Positions 39,198-53,000 of a stretch of 64,000 nucleotides of DNA are shown here, piece by piece (within the stretch, counting starts at the first letter, position 1; each line of letters begins with the position of its first letter). The position numbers and the translations under genes are program-made. The notes under the pieces were generated by a model. That model was not told the origin of the DNA, did not search any database, and saw nothing but the letters and a program-made list of their open reading frames with translations. This DNA is from Vicugna vicugna. Its lineage: Eukaryota. The DNA lies in NCBI GenBank assembly GCA_013265495.1, contig MU058591.1, positions 62,001 through 126,000 of the forward strand, written 5' to 3'.

Positions 39198-39709
39198 TAT
39201 ATTAGTCAAGGTTATCCAGAGAAACAGAACCAATAATTTATAGATAGATAGAGAGAGATTTATTATAAAGCATTGATTCATACAATTATGGAGGCTAAAA
39301 AGTCCCATAGTCTGCCATCTGCAAGCTGGAAACCCAGGAAAGTCAGTGGAGTAGTTCAAGAGCCTGAGAGCCACAAAACCAATGGTGTAGATTCCACTCT
39401 GGGTCTAAATGCCTGAGAACCAGGAGCGCTGAGGACAGAAAATCAAAGTTCCATCTCAGCAGTCAAGCTGAGAGAGGGCAAATACAACCTTCCTCTATTT
39501 TTTTTTTTTGTTGTTGTTGTAATCAGGCCCTCAGTGGATTGGACGATGCCACCCACTTTGGGGAGGGCCACCTGCATTTCTCAGTTCATCAAATTTAAAT
39601 GCTAATCTCTTCCAGAAATACCCCTGAGACACACTCAGAAATTGTATTCAACCAGATTTGGGGGCATCCCATGATCCAGTCAAGTTGGCACATGCAATTA
39701 ATCATCACA
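39198..39709 (-). mobile_element. MLT2 (ERVL) solo LTR with intact 5-bp TSD
   Basis: TATATTAGTCAAGGTTATCCAGAGAAACAGAACC...CCAGTCAAGTTGGCACATGCAATTAATCATCACA, flanked by AAGAT at 39193-39197 and 39710-39714. Confidence 0.92.
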
Positions 39710-39899
39710 AAGATGATATCTCTTAACATAGCACACTGCATTAATTATTGACTGGTACAAAACTTATAAAAATAACTTTGCAAATTGCATCTCTATATAG
39801 AAATGGTAATTACTAACATGAGTCATGCCAGCTAATTCTGTCTCATCTTGATATGCCAACATTCTCCACTTTGCCTCAAACCCCTAACTGGACCCTCTC

Positions 39900-40076
39900 T
39901 ACATTTTCATCCAAATCATGTGGTGAACTCTTTAAAACACAGGTTGCTGGGCCCCTTCACCAGTGTTTCTAATTCAATAGGTACATGATGGGGCCCTAGA
40001 ACTGGCAGCTCTAACAAGTTCCCAGGTGATGCAGATGCTAATGATTCTGGTCTGAAAACAGCAATTAGAACCACTG
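39900..40076 (-). mobile_element. MER5A (hAT-Charlie) DNA transposon
   Basis: TTGCTGGGCCCC...CTAACAAGTTCCCAGGTGATGCAGATGCT...AGAACCACTG. Confidence 0.8.
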
Positions 40077-40299
40077 ACCTAAATGGATGAAGTAAATCAG
40101 ATTTGTTTTTTAAAGAGGTTATAAACAGAGTAGGGATGCTTTCTGACCATGTCTGCATGTATCTCTGCCCAAGAAATAGAGGAGATGTTTACTTTTAAGA
40201 TGCATTTCTTTTATGTTTTGGTTTATTTATTTTAGTCTTGGTAAAGCATCAGATTTGAACAACTAAAACCGTTCTTTTTATGCAAAGAAAAATGATGGT

Positions 40300-40430
40300 T
40301 GTATCTTTTATCATCAAGAAAATAAACTCCATGAAGCCAGTGGTTTTAGCTGACTTTATTGTTTCATTTTACCAGCACCTAGAATAATGCCTAATATATA
40401 ATAACTGTTAAATAAATATTTGGAGAAAGA
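40300..40430 (+). mobile_element. L2 3' terminal fragment
   Basis: AAACTCCATGAAG...CCAGCACCTAGAATAATGCCT...AATAAATATTTG. Confidence 0.6.
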
Positions 40431-42864
40431 ATCTGTGAAGCCCTACATTAGGACATAAAATAAAAATAGAGAAATTAAGTAAAATAATATTAATGAAAAG
40501 GTTATTTATTAGTTTGTTAATTTTATTAATTTTTGTTAATCTATTAATGTTTTCAGTTTAACAATATCATTGTCCTGACTTACCTCTTAAAGAGGTATTT
40601 AACAGAAACAGTAAGAATAAAGTGCAAGTTGCAGTTTTAATGCTTATCATGCATCAGAAACCATTTTAACCATTTTAAACGTATTTTGTTTTATTCCTAA
40701 AAATTGCCCTATAAAAGAGAAATTATAATTAACTGCTTATTGCACAGAGGTTAACCAATTTGTGCAAGACACAATCATTTTCCCAATCTGAAAATTATTT
40801 GAAGAAGACTGTGAGAAATACGTGTAAACTGTAAAAATAGAAAATCCTAGGACTATGAGATACAAATTAAAATAACAAATCAAGACTTCAAGGTTTGATG
40901 GGACAGTGGCTGAGAGGTGTTAGTGTGTAGAATCGGACAGTCAAGGGCATTTGAGTTTCCTTTCCAATAGAGAAAAAAGTCATTTAAGATGTTTGTGGAC
41001 TAACACACTTTCCCTCTTCTGGCAAAATAGCCTGGGTGTGCCTAATCTATTTAGGTACCAAAACCTGATAGAGGTTTCTCTAACCTGAAGCTTTTAGAGT
41101 GAATGAACTCATAGATTTGAAAATGGAGTGAGGAGAGGGAATTAGTTTGTGACCAGCAACCCATTGCAGTAAATATAACCAGAAACAGATAGCAAATGTT
41201 CATATATGAAGCAGATGTCAAAAAGACTGGGTTATCAGAACAGAAAAGCAGAAATGACTAATTTGGGGAAGACCTGGGCACTTTCCTGGGACAGGTACCA
41301 AAGGTCACCTTCTCAGGACCCTGAGTAGTGTGGTGAGTGAAGAGAAGAACACAGATGATAATATTTATATAAAAATTAGACAAACTGACTTATTTTTGTC
41401 ATTCAGAGAGTGTTTATTGAATATTTATTTATGCTATGTTTTGAGGGAAGTAATAAAAAAAGATACTCTCCAGATAATGATTTATGCAGGCACTAAGGGC
41501 AGGACCTAAACCTTAGTGATTCTGATTTTCTCTCTTCTGCCTTGTATTGTGTGTGAAGTAGGCATTCAACAGATATGCATGGAATGACTAAGTAAATGAA
41601 ACTTAATACTAAAACAAATGGTCTCGTAGAAATAAGCAGACCTCCACAAATAGCTATAACATGAGATACACTGAACATGTCAGAAGCTCAGAAATAGAAA
41701 GAAGTCATTTGCACCTGGAGTAATAAACACACTCTTCATGACACAGGTGAAATCTGAGTTATGCCTTGTCCAGGTCCATTCATCATTAATTTCTAAAGGT
41801 ATTTATGCTTTGACATATCACTTCTTCTTACTTGAATCAACTCTATTCCTTACATAAAAGGTAATCTTTGCAAAGATACATGGGTTTTTCTCACTGCTTT
41901 CATTTGTACCTAAATATATGACATTATTTTCATCACTGGCATTTAAATTCAATTCAACTGAGAGGTAGTGTGAAACAGCTCCTGTGTGAAACTGCTCCTA
42001 TGTGATCTACACAGTCCTCAGTAATGTGGTGGTTAAAAAAAAATGTTACCCTCTTATTTGTAAGTTGAGTATTTTGTAAGTAAGATATTTTGATAATAGC
42101 TGCTGATTCCCCATTCTCGATATTATTGCTAAAGTTTGATTTTAGTTGGGGAATAGAATGAGCCAACGCTTCTTCCTCTGTGCAAGTGAGCTGAGTTCAG
42201 TTGAATTGATCCCGACCAATTTAACCGTGTCTTCCCAATTTTAAATGATGGCTACAGTACAATGTATTTTAGACCCAAAGCACTTCATAAGTCTGAGTTG
42301 TCCAGGGAGCTGCTAATGATAAATGGACTCAGGGAACTTACCGACGGAAGAAACTTCACATGAACAAGGCAAATGAGCTTTTTTAACAGTTAGCCTACCT
42401 ACTGTTCAGATGAGCTTGTCCGTCTTGTTTTAATAATTTAACAGTTGTGCAACCAGAACAACTAGTACATCATCAAGTTGTCTGTCGGGAGACCTGATGA
42501 GGGGGCAATTATTTTGCTGCATGTTTGTATTTGCTGGACTTAATTTTCACTTACATTTGACAGATTTTATTACAAACATAGGCTCAGCACCAAGGTGATT
42601 ATTGAACAAAATAGAAAAAGACCCATATTGTCACAAATATGAAGCTGTCTTGGCTTTTGGGAGAGATAAACCATATTTCAGGTGTCTGTGAATACTAAAA
42701 ATACAGCATAATACTTCCAAAGTAAAGGAAAAATCTTTAAAGGGTATATCTTCAATCTCTTATGTCAGAAGGCTGAGCTAAGAATTGTTTTATCTTCCTT
42801 CTAATGAATGAGGCTGAGGAAGTTATGGGGATATGGTATAGATCTTGAATATAAGAAGCCATAG

Positions 42865-42889
42865 ACACACACACACACACACACACACA
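42865..42889. repeat. (CA)n microsatellite
   Basis: Directly visible. Confidence 0.95.
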
Positions 42890-43585
42890 TATGCACCGTA
42901 TTAACATGCAGTTCTATTCCATTGCTGAATTGCCTACTTCAAGTGGTCACAGATCTATAAATAATTATTATTTTTGCTCTAGACCTATCATTTGGAACAA
43001 TTTGTTAATGTGCAGTTTGTGTTGTTTCTGTACGAATTTTCTAGATTTAGAGTAATCTGTCTGTTACGTAGCCACTCATCAGTCTGTTTAGACCTAAGCT
43101 TAAGCTTCATGTTTAGGCTGTCAATTACACATGCCATCCAATAAGTAAGATAAGCTTTATAAACTCAATACAATAATAAACATCCTACATTATCGACCCA
43201 GACTCACCCAGAATGGTCCTCATCACCTCTGATGCTCAAATCATGAAAGTCATGCTCATTTCAAAGGGATTTTTCCAAATTTTCAAATTCATTTATTATT
43301 TGATGGCATAGATATATGAGTGAAGAATCTTTATCTGCAGGAGAAACATCTTCTCTTACTTCAGGAACATGTGACATATATCTGGGAAACATAAACTGTC
43401 AGAATTTAGTTAACTACCTACAAACACCTGGATTTCAGAAAAGTGTCATTCACATGAGAATATTTGACTTGATATGTTTTCTCCTGCTAACCTAACCTTA
43501 TTCAGAGACTCTGAATCCAATTTCATACGAGAACACTCGACCAGGAGCTGGCACAGGGCAAATGAACCTCAATTAACTTATATTT

Positions 43586-43599
43586 CACACACACACACA

Positions 43600-43632
<33 letters not shown>
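43586..43632. repeat. (CA)n microsatellite with one interruption
   Basis: Directly visible. Confidence 0.95.
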
Positions 43633-45240
43633 GGCAAGAGCAGGAAACAACCTTTTATCCAGATGCTTTAAAAAGATTTAACAGCCACGGTTACATTTCA
43701 TACTTTTGTTCCACAAGTCAAGGCATCACTAATTTTTGGTGTTTTGAGAAAATTATTTTTATTGCTGCTAATGGAAAAAGAGGTTAAGGACACATAAGGG
43801 AGCAATGTTCAGAGGCACAGCATTAATAGAAGATCCAAAGAAAAAGGATTAATCTGTGCCTAGCCAGTATTCAGACCTCTTACCTCATGTGTGACAGCTG
43901 AGAGAGACGACATTGTTCAGTTTCTGTGTTCCCTTGGACACCGCCTGCACCTTCCAGATCTCTGCCACTACCTGGAGGTGATGGGTCTTCTGGGAAAAAA
44001 ACTTTATAGGGTTAGTACATTTTTAAATCAACAAAAATGCTGACACACTCAGAAGGGGGACTAGGTATTTAATATAAACTGTGTTTTTTTTATGGGGTCA
44101 GGTCCTTTTTCAGTAAAAATGGCTTTAAAATTATGCTGGTCTCATCAAAGGCAACCTGAAAAATGTTTCTTTCTCAGCAGTAGCATCCTGACCTAGAAAA
44201 CCATTGTTTAGCACAGTTTCAGAATCTTCCATTTTCTGGCCATTTATAGATAGCAGCAAGCTTCAAGCAAGGCTTCCTTTTTTTCCCCCTTTGAGCTTCA
44301 GTTGGCCTCATGCAGCTTTAACAAGATCCCTGAAGAAGCCAATTCAAAGAGATAAAAGGATGTGTGTATGCACATCTGTTTTATAAGTAGATGAGAGTCA
44401 GAGCCAAAAGTGTTTGCTAGATATTTTAAGGGAATTTAAACAACAGGTATTGTTTCATGCTGAGTCTTTTGTGCAAAATACAGGCATTTTGGGAATCTGT
44501 GTATACAAAAACGATTAGATAGTTGGATTGTAAAATGTATCCAATCTTTAACCATAAAATCCAGACTATTAAATATCTGTGATAAAATCACCAGGCACCT
44601 TTAGAAAATAACATTCCCAAATTAATCTCTTAATTTCTTTTTCTGTAAGCCATTTTTAAAAAGAGGAAATTTTTACTTTGGAAGATTTTTTTATTTTTCA
44701 TCCGTCTAATTTCTCTGTATCTTTGACCATCAAAGACTAACTTAGCCCTAAAAACTGGAGTAGAATGAGCAGAAAAGATATAAGTAGAAAAATAAAGCAG
44801 TGTCGGCAATGTCTGCATCACTAATTGTGTTTATGCCTCACAAATGATAGAAAACAAGTTAAGATATATTTATGGTGAATAATACTGAGGTTTCTTCCCT
44901 TTTATGAATAATGTGATTTTTAGGAATATTTGGTATCTAACCAGTCGTCATATGTTTTGGAAAGAAAATACAGTCTTACATGTAGATCTTTTCAAAGAAG
45001 AGAAATGAGTGAATGGAGGGTTTCTGAGGCCCCCAGTATATATTCTAGGCTGAAGGGAAGGTCATCCATGAGGACAGACTGCCAGCAGTGAGAGAACCCA
45101 GGACGTGCTGGGGACTAGCACCTGTGAGTGATGGCCAAGGAGGAAAATGTAGGAAGAGTTTTGGCTTTTGAGCTTTTGAGTTTGAGCATTTCTCACGTCC
45201 AAAATCATGCTGGATTATTGAGAAGGAAGAGAGGAGCTAA

Positions 45241-45241
<1 letters not shown>

Positions 45242-45298
<57 letters not shown>
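45242..45298. repeat. Perfect (TG)28 microsatellite
   Basis: Directly visible. Confidence 0.97.
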
Positions 45299-45299
<1 letters not shown>

Positions 45300-45638
45300 T
45301 AGTGTTAGGGCTTTGGATAACTATGTAAAAGATTCTTGTTAGAAATTTCCAGATCAAACCTCTAATGGAAGAGAAGGCAAATCAAGACTGGGGAAATACT
45401 GAGGACGTTTGATACACAGAATCATCGCCCTGAGACTGTCTTGGAGTGGAGTTTCTGTTGTGGCAGTTGGTGACAGGTCTCTGAGCAGAGGTGAGGATAG
45501 TCCACTTACTTGCGGCAGCTGCAGGGCTCATGTTCTGACGTCCCCACTGAGATGGACCGGTGGGCTGAGAGGACAGAGGCATCTGTATGTATGATGGAAA
45601 TAGTCTGTTCACTCCATGCTTGCTCTTTCCTCGGGAGT

Positions 45639-46013
45639 TGTGTTAGTCTGCTCTGCCTGCCATACAAAATACCACCGGCTGGGTGGCTTACACCACAGGC
45701 ATTTATTCTGCACAGCTCTGGAGGCCGAAAGTCCAGGATCCATGTGCCTGCAAACTCGGCCTCTGCTGAAGATTCTTCCTGGCTTGCAGATGGCCCCCTT
45801 CTCGCTGCGTCCTCACAGGGCCTCTCCACTGTGCAAGAGCATCAGTGGTGTCTGCCTCTTCTTATAAAGACATCAGTCATGTTGGATTAAGGGTCCATCC
45901 TTATGACTTCACTTAACCTTGATTACTTCCCTGAAGATCCTTCCTCCAAATACAGCCATATTGGGGGTTCCCATATGAATTCAGGAAGGAGGATCATAAC
46001 TCAGCCTATAACA
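45639..46013 (-). mobile_element. MLT1 (ERVL-MaLR) solo LTR, MLT1A/B-like
   Basis: TGTGTTAGTCTGCTC...CCATACAAAATACCAC...CTGGAGGCCGAAAGTCCAGGATC...GGCTTGCAGATGGC...CTCCAAATACAG...CCTATAACA. Confidence 0.88.
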
Positions 46014-48684
46014 TGTACTCACTCTCAATTCTAGAGTATTCTTTACCATTCTCTTTTATTGCCACCTGGTAATTAACTTCCTCTAAATAGCTAATTATTC
46101 TATAGAGCCTTTCCTATTCATATTACTGTGTGGTCTCTGCCTATGATAAGACCTGCTGATACAGGAGATAAGAGGTGAATGGACCCTACTCCCCCTTCTC
46201 CTTATGACATCCTGGTGTATAGAAATGAGCATTTGCTTTGCTCTTGGCTTCATATCCGACCTGATTATTTTTAAGTGGCCTCACTTTACCTAGACCCACA
46301 GACTTGACTTCATTTGTTATTTGTCTGTCTTTTCTGTGACTGTATTAAACCACCTATGGGAAGATCCTAAACACTTCCTAATGCAGCCATTGCTGTGGCC
46401 TCCTTGGCTTCCTGCTCTAGAATCCTCTCATCTTTGTGATTGAGCCAAAATAAATTCAGCATGATGGCCAGCCAACACAACGTGGATTTCTAAGTAGGAT
46501 GGCTGTTGAGAAATGTGCAATCCCATGTCCTGTTTTGCCTAGCTGATTGCTCCAAAATTCATTTAAGGAATTAGGACCAGTGTGTGTCTGTCTCAGAAAT
46601 CAGCTATTATGCTAAGATTTTCCTTCCCTGGTAAAAGCACTGCAGAATGACTCATCCGCTTGTGATTGTGTCTGACCCTGCTCTGGGTTACCAAGTTTCT
46701 TCCTGGCCGAGTCAATTAGGGCAGAATCCTGCGAGCGCACCACTGCCTGCTGGTTTACCAGTTAAGCCTCTAAGTTCAACTCTGAGTTAAAGAGGTTTAC
46801 AAAGTAGGTAATTTCTGGCTTTCTGGTGGCTTGTGTTTCAATAACACAGGAAATACAAGCAGCATTCCTCTGTCCACAGCCCCATTTCCAGCCCCCAAAT
46901 TTGTACTTAATAATTTAGGCCCCCCATGCACTGGCTGATCTGGTGTAAATTTTACCTGTCCGTATCAGAACCTTAAATTTCTTTTTTAGAATAATATGTT
47001 AACATCTTCAAATGACAGTGGAATCTGTAAACTGGAGTGTCATATGAAGGAGCAAACATGGAAATGCACGTCAGGAGGACCTAAGAGAGAGTGAAATCCC
47101 CACCTGAGGAAAGAGTACATTGGGAGAGAGGGGACAGGGGTTGGGCGGCTCCAGAGGTCAGTGCGATGAGGCAGGAGCTGCAAATGGAAGAAGAATGACT
47201 GGGCTTCCTGTCTCCACCAGTTCAACCATGTCACCATTGCCTTGTGAGGAGAAACACATCCAGTGAGGATTCTGAGCTAATTTTCTGTGAGGGAAGGGAT
47301 AAAAGAAAGTCTCCCCCCAACTTGCCTTCTAAATCTTCAGCGAATTATTGGTTGCTTACTAGTGTTTCTAGAGACACAGAGCCAATTTGAAACTATGCAC
47401 CCTGGCACTGAAATCTGCTTCAGAATGGGCACTGGATGGAAAAGGATTGCAATCTAGGACAGCCCCACATCCACAGTGTAGGCTAGGGGTGAAGGCATGG
47501 GAATCAGAATTCTAACCTGGTTCTGTCTCTTAGATGTTGAAAAGCAAGTGGCTTGGTTCCTCTGTGTTTGTTCCAGTATCCTCTTTCATATCATCATCAT
47601 CATCATCATCTCAGAGTTGTGAGACTGGAATATCAACACAAATAGTGGAAATCAAACTGATGCACAGTGAATGCGCAACAAGTGCATGCTTTTGAAAGAT
47701 ATGATTATTTGACTCCAGTCATTAATCTCTCTCAATAGATCTGTTCTCTTTAAGAACATTTGTTAATCTAACTTGTACATAAAAGAGCTATAAAGTGTAG
47801 AAATGCTGTTTCTAACTAATGAATCCAAATCTCTTGTCTACCATTTAAGCCACTTAGAAACATGACATTGTCAGAAGTTCATTTGTTTATTCAACGAGCC
47901 TTCTTTCCATCCCTAAAATCTAGATACTTTGCCCCATCATTAACCCAGCTCATAATCTTTTACCTTCAGCTTCTATTCTTAGGGGTTCTTCCTCCAAACC
48001 TGGTAACAGAGTCATTTTCTGTGGCCCTGAGCCTCTTCTCTCTACTTATCTCTTCCTGAATTAGCCCTCTTCTTGAAGAAGCCTCAACCCACATTCAGGT
48101 ATCAGTCTCTTTGAATGATCTTTTGATGGCTTCATTCAAGAAATGATAGAAAAGACATCAAAGATCATTTTTGAAATATTCATTGTACCACAATCTGCAC
48201 TGATTCTTTTAAGGCATTCAAAATGGTTACATTCTCTTTGTCATTATGTGATCAATTTCAAATATTGAAAAATATCTGAAGATGTGAATCAGGGGGCCTC
48301 TCTATTCACATAGCAGCTTACAAATCACTTGGTAAGTTGCCAGTGTGTGTGACTAAATGATCAAATAACTTTAAAGAAATCATCTTATTCCCATAAGCAC
48401 ATCTAGGAAGAATGATTTGTGAAATTGGAAGTGTTGAAAGTCTTATTTTCAATGAACATTCAAACCAAAGGGAAAACTGAAAAAAGGAAAAACAAGAAAC
48501 AACAAAACAAAACCCAGCAGCATATGATCTCGTAACCTTGGTGAAGGAAACATGTTAAAAATATCAAAAGCATTTATTTTACCATAATGATAGTGCTATA
48601 ATCTGCTTGGCCTTATTCTCCTCCGTTCCCCTAAACTTGATGAATGATGCCACTGAATCTCTCCTTTTAAATTCTCTTTCTCCC

Positions 48685-49420
48685 CCCAGCTTTATTGAGA
48701 TATAATTGATGCATAACATTGTGTAAGTTTAAGCTGTACAGTGTGATGATTTGATATAGTGAAATTACAACAACAATAAGGTTAACTAGGACAACACTCC
48801 CCTCACATAATTACTAGTTTGTTATTGTTATGGTGAGAAAATTCAAGACCCACTCTATTAGCAGTTTTCAAGTATACAATATGGTGTTGTTAACTATGAT
48901 ACATTAGTTCTTCAGACTTGCCCGTCTTATAACTGGAGGATTGTATCCATCAAACACTGTCTCATTTCCCCCATCTCCCTGCCCCTGGCAACCACCATTC
49001 TATTCTCTGTTTCTGAGTTCAGCTTTCTTAGATTCCACACATAAGTGAGATTATACAATATTTGTCTTTATCTGTTTAATTTATCATAATGCCCTCAGGG
49101 GCATCCTTCTTGTTGTAAATGGTGATATTTCCTTTTTTATGGCTGAATAATGTTCCGTTATCTCTATATACACATATACATAATTTTGTTTATCCACTTG
49201 TTAGTGATAGACATTGGACATTTAGATTGTTTCCATGTTTGACTACTGTGAAAAATGCCACAGTGAACATTAGAGTACAGATTATCTTTCTGAGATAATG
49301 ATTTCATTTCCTTTAGTAATATACCCAGAAGTGGGATTGCTAGATCACATATTTTTAATTTTTTGAGGAATCTCCACACCATTTTCTGTAGTGGCTGGAC
49401 CAATTTACAGTCCCAACTGA
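48685..49420 (-). mobile_element. LINE-1 3' end (L1MA-like)
   Basis: CAGCTTTATTGAGATATAATTG start; ORF 49164-49475(-) has WDCKLVQP...VWRFLKKLKI. Confidence 0.9.
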
Positions 49421-49889
49421 CTCCGACAGGAAAGACATATAAGTAAAGAGGCACTGCAAGACAGGTAAATGCCATGGGGGTGGTGAGTACAGGATGCTGT
49501 GGGAGTTAAGGCACAGGGGCCTTTGCTGGGAGGTTCCTAGAACATTTAAAATGTGAATGGAAGTAGGTTCAAGGGGACAGTCCATTGTAGTAGCCAGAAA
49601 CAATAAACCTGTTAACTTGACCAAGAGTGAAAAAGACTGAGGCTTGTCAGTCCATCAATAAAGACAGAGGTTTTTGCTTCATAGTCTTCTTTGCCTACCT
49701 CTTACCTGACAGCACCAGAAAGCGGGGACCTCTTGCTTTAGGGTATCATCAAGGTATAAATGCTATTCTTTATCTTTATCCTACCTGTATAGCCTACTTG
49801 AGGCCTGTTCTCACCCATTTGCCTCCTTTTGTGTAAAAAGTTCTATCTGATCTTTGGGCGGTGGTTGATACTGGAATGATGCTTTGAAG

Positions 49890-50090
49890 ATCATTTGTTT
49901 TGAAGTCAGACACATGTGGATTTAAACCCTGACTCTGTCCTTTTCTAAGTCTGAACAATTCCCCAACCTTTTAAAACCCAGCTTCCCCATATTTCAAATA
50001 AAGCTAATAATAATGCTTATGAGATAAGGCATCTAAAGGGCATAGCATGTTACTTACACATACAGGATACGTAATAATTATTAGTTTCTT
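49890..50090 (+). mobile_element. MIR SINE
   Basis: TTTGAAGTCAGACAC...GGATTTAAACCCTGACTCTG...CAGCTTCCCCATATTTCAAAT. Confidence 0.6.
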
Positions 50091-53000
50091 TTCCAAATTA
50101 GGGTTGTTGAACAGATGTGCAACTAATTCTTGGAAGTGCTCTTCAAATCAAAATCCTGCCCAGATTTCCAGATAATAGAACATCCTTTGGCATTAATAAG
50201 GGTTCCGAACAACCTAAAAGGCATAATCTGCAACTTCTCACACTTAACATGTTTTATGCCATTGTGGCTTTGCATCTGCTGTACAAGCAAAAAACTGTTG
50301 TTACCCATGCTTCAAGGTTGAGTTTAAACACAAAATCCTCTGGAGGGCTTTCCCTAATCCACTCTTCCCTCTTCAGGTGAAATTGCTCATTTTCTTCCCT
50401 GTATTTCACTAAACATACAGTTCTCAAAATATGGTCCATTTGCATCTTATTCTTTGTATAATATCTTTTGTTACACGTATCAAACTATGTTGCAGTTATT
50501 TTTAGGTATCTCCCTATGGAAGCTGCATTTTATTTGATGCCTGTAGTTTATGCATCTAGCTGCATGCCTAGTAACTGTTCAGTAAATATTTGAGTAGGTG
50601 AATAGTCAAATAACTGAACAAATGAGGAATGATTGGTTAGGGAAAGTGAATTGTTACTTGGTGCACAGCAATACCAAGAGTTAGGAAGGTGAATTAATCA
50701 TAGTCACCTTGATAACGTGACAAGTAAAATAATTGATAAGTTCCATGTAAATAAAAAGCCCTAGAAATTAAGAACTCCAAATCTTGAATTTATGAATTTT
50801 CTATGTAAATTTTATCTACTTGTCTAGTTCCCAAAGTAAATGGAGCCTTCATACCACATGCATACATACACACACACACATACATATATATTTATTTATC
50901 AGCATTAACACAACACCATTTAATCTGTTACTATGGCATTAGAAGCTATAGCTAGCGTATTATTATGGTAGATCAGATAGTTGATCTCAACAACTACATG
51001 CCCAAATATCTATTTTATCAATAAAGGTTTTTTTTGCTAACCATTCTCTAGTTAGATCTTAATGACTAATTATTCAACTAAAGTCATATCAGCTATTATA
51101 TATTAAGATATTTTATTTGAGAATGAATTTAATGAAATAATTAAAAGTGCTGCCTGGATATTTTTTTCCTGCATGTCTTATAGTAAAATTCTTCTTTTGC
51201 ATCATTTTCATAAATCTTAGGGATTCAAATAAAATACACTGGTATGTTGAAAACTGATACCCTATTAATTAAATGAATAAAGCAAGGCACAATTTGAATT
51301 TAGCTTAATAAGCAAACCAAAGTGAAAGCAGCTGTGTCCCATTAGCTTCTGATTTTCTGCAAAATGGAGAGGGAATCAGATATACAAAAAGAGTGTCTAA
51401 AATTGAGCAGCTTATGGTTACGTTGCCATAGCTACCAGAAGTCTTTTTTGATGCTTTACTGGGTTGGTGAAGTAATAGACCATTTGGAATAGTTGTACTA
51501 AACACTCTCATTCAGTGAAATAGTGCTGACATTTGACCACGAGTCTTTAGTTCCTCCACAGAGCTAAAACATGGATGTGAAAGGAAGAAGAAAAAATTCA
51601 AATTACCTCATGAACATTAGAGCCATTTTCTGTCAGCCAATGGAGGGGAATCCTACAGTTTAAGGACAAACATGAGGGTAGAAACATTCCAAATCACTTC
51701 TGTGCTACCTACAAAAAGCTGACTGGGTATCTCGGAATAAAATAAACCCATTTGGGAGGCCATTTAGGAAGTGGACGTGATAGTGACACACACAGCATAG
51801 AAATAATATTAGAGGAACCCTTTTCTTACTCAAGGAGCTCCCTGTAGATGTTCACAACCACATCCAAGAAATTCCTTCTGCTGGTTTGGCTCTGCAGCTA
51901 TATCCAAGAAGAAGTTATCAAAGTTGGAGAAAAGACATAAATTGTGCCACTTTTTAAAAACAAATACAAGGGTTAACTGTTATTTTTTCCTGGAGTCTCA
52001 ATAGCACCAAATAGAGTTGTTTTAATGACTGTTCCTTTTCTGGAAGATTATATTATGACCAAAGAAATGTTACAATGATTCCAAAACACTACAGAGTATA
52101 GTAAGATCCTTTGGAATGAGTGTCAACACTACCTCTATCCAGGCATTTGTTGTTTTTTTTGGGGGGGGGGATTAAATAATACTTTCCTTTTAAAAATAAG
52201 TTTAAACAGAAAGATAGAAAAATCTTTTAAGAGTCCAGCATAAGAAAGAGACTTTAGGCTGGCAGGAGACAGGTCACAGGTCCCTGAATCCTCTTTGCTT
52301 CAGCTTGCCTCCCCTGTGAGTTTCTCTGCCCTGATAAAACCACCAATACTGCATTGGCACCAGTAACCACTTTCTTTAAGTTTCGAGCTCAAGAATGGAC
52401 TTCTTAGCACACTTTATCTCCATAATTATTTGTGAAGTCAAAGAATTGTGGATAACAGTATCCATGTTCAGGTCTGTGCTCTCATGGCCATGTATCTGGT
52501 TCCTCAGCTGTGAGGCACATTTCTTTCCAGGATGTTGGTGATTCACTCAATGTATGACTTCACCTTTGTTCTTTGACACAGAAAGTATGATTTAATTCCT
52601 TTCAGAACCAACAGAGCGAAGAGCATCCTGCCATCACAGCAATGTCCACAGGACAAAGGTTACACCCAGACATAAACAGTACGGCTCTCTCAGCACATCC
52701 TTCTTGCTTGTTTGCAGGGATACAGCAACACCAGTATATGGAGCTGCCTTATTTCCATGATCCAATGTCATTCCAGAACTGTGAATTAAAAGATAAGGAA
52801 TGAGATGTTTAATTTTTAATTACAGGAGAATGGCAAGGTCACAGTTGAGATTGTCTGTCTGTGGGGGTTGTGATAGGTTGTGTGATGGCAACCAGGTCTT
52901 CACTCTAATGCAAAGTTCAAAAGCTTTAAGACAATCCATCCTGTAAATACCATAGCAAAAGGAAAACAAAACTGGAAATACATCAACTAAGATAAAGAAT

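Noticed and set aside
45382..45890. Cluster of 61-126 aa ORFs
   Set aside because: Largely overlaps the MLT1 LTR; GC-driven chance ORFs.
46735..46760. CTCF-like motif (CCAGCAGGCAGTGG on the minus strand) near an AP-1 site
   Set aside because: Mismatches in the GGGGC core; too weak to call.
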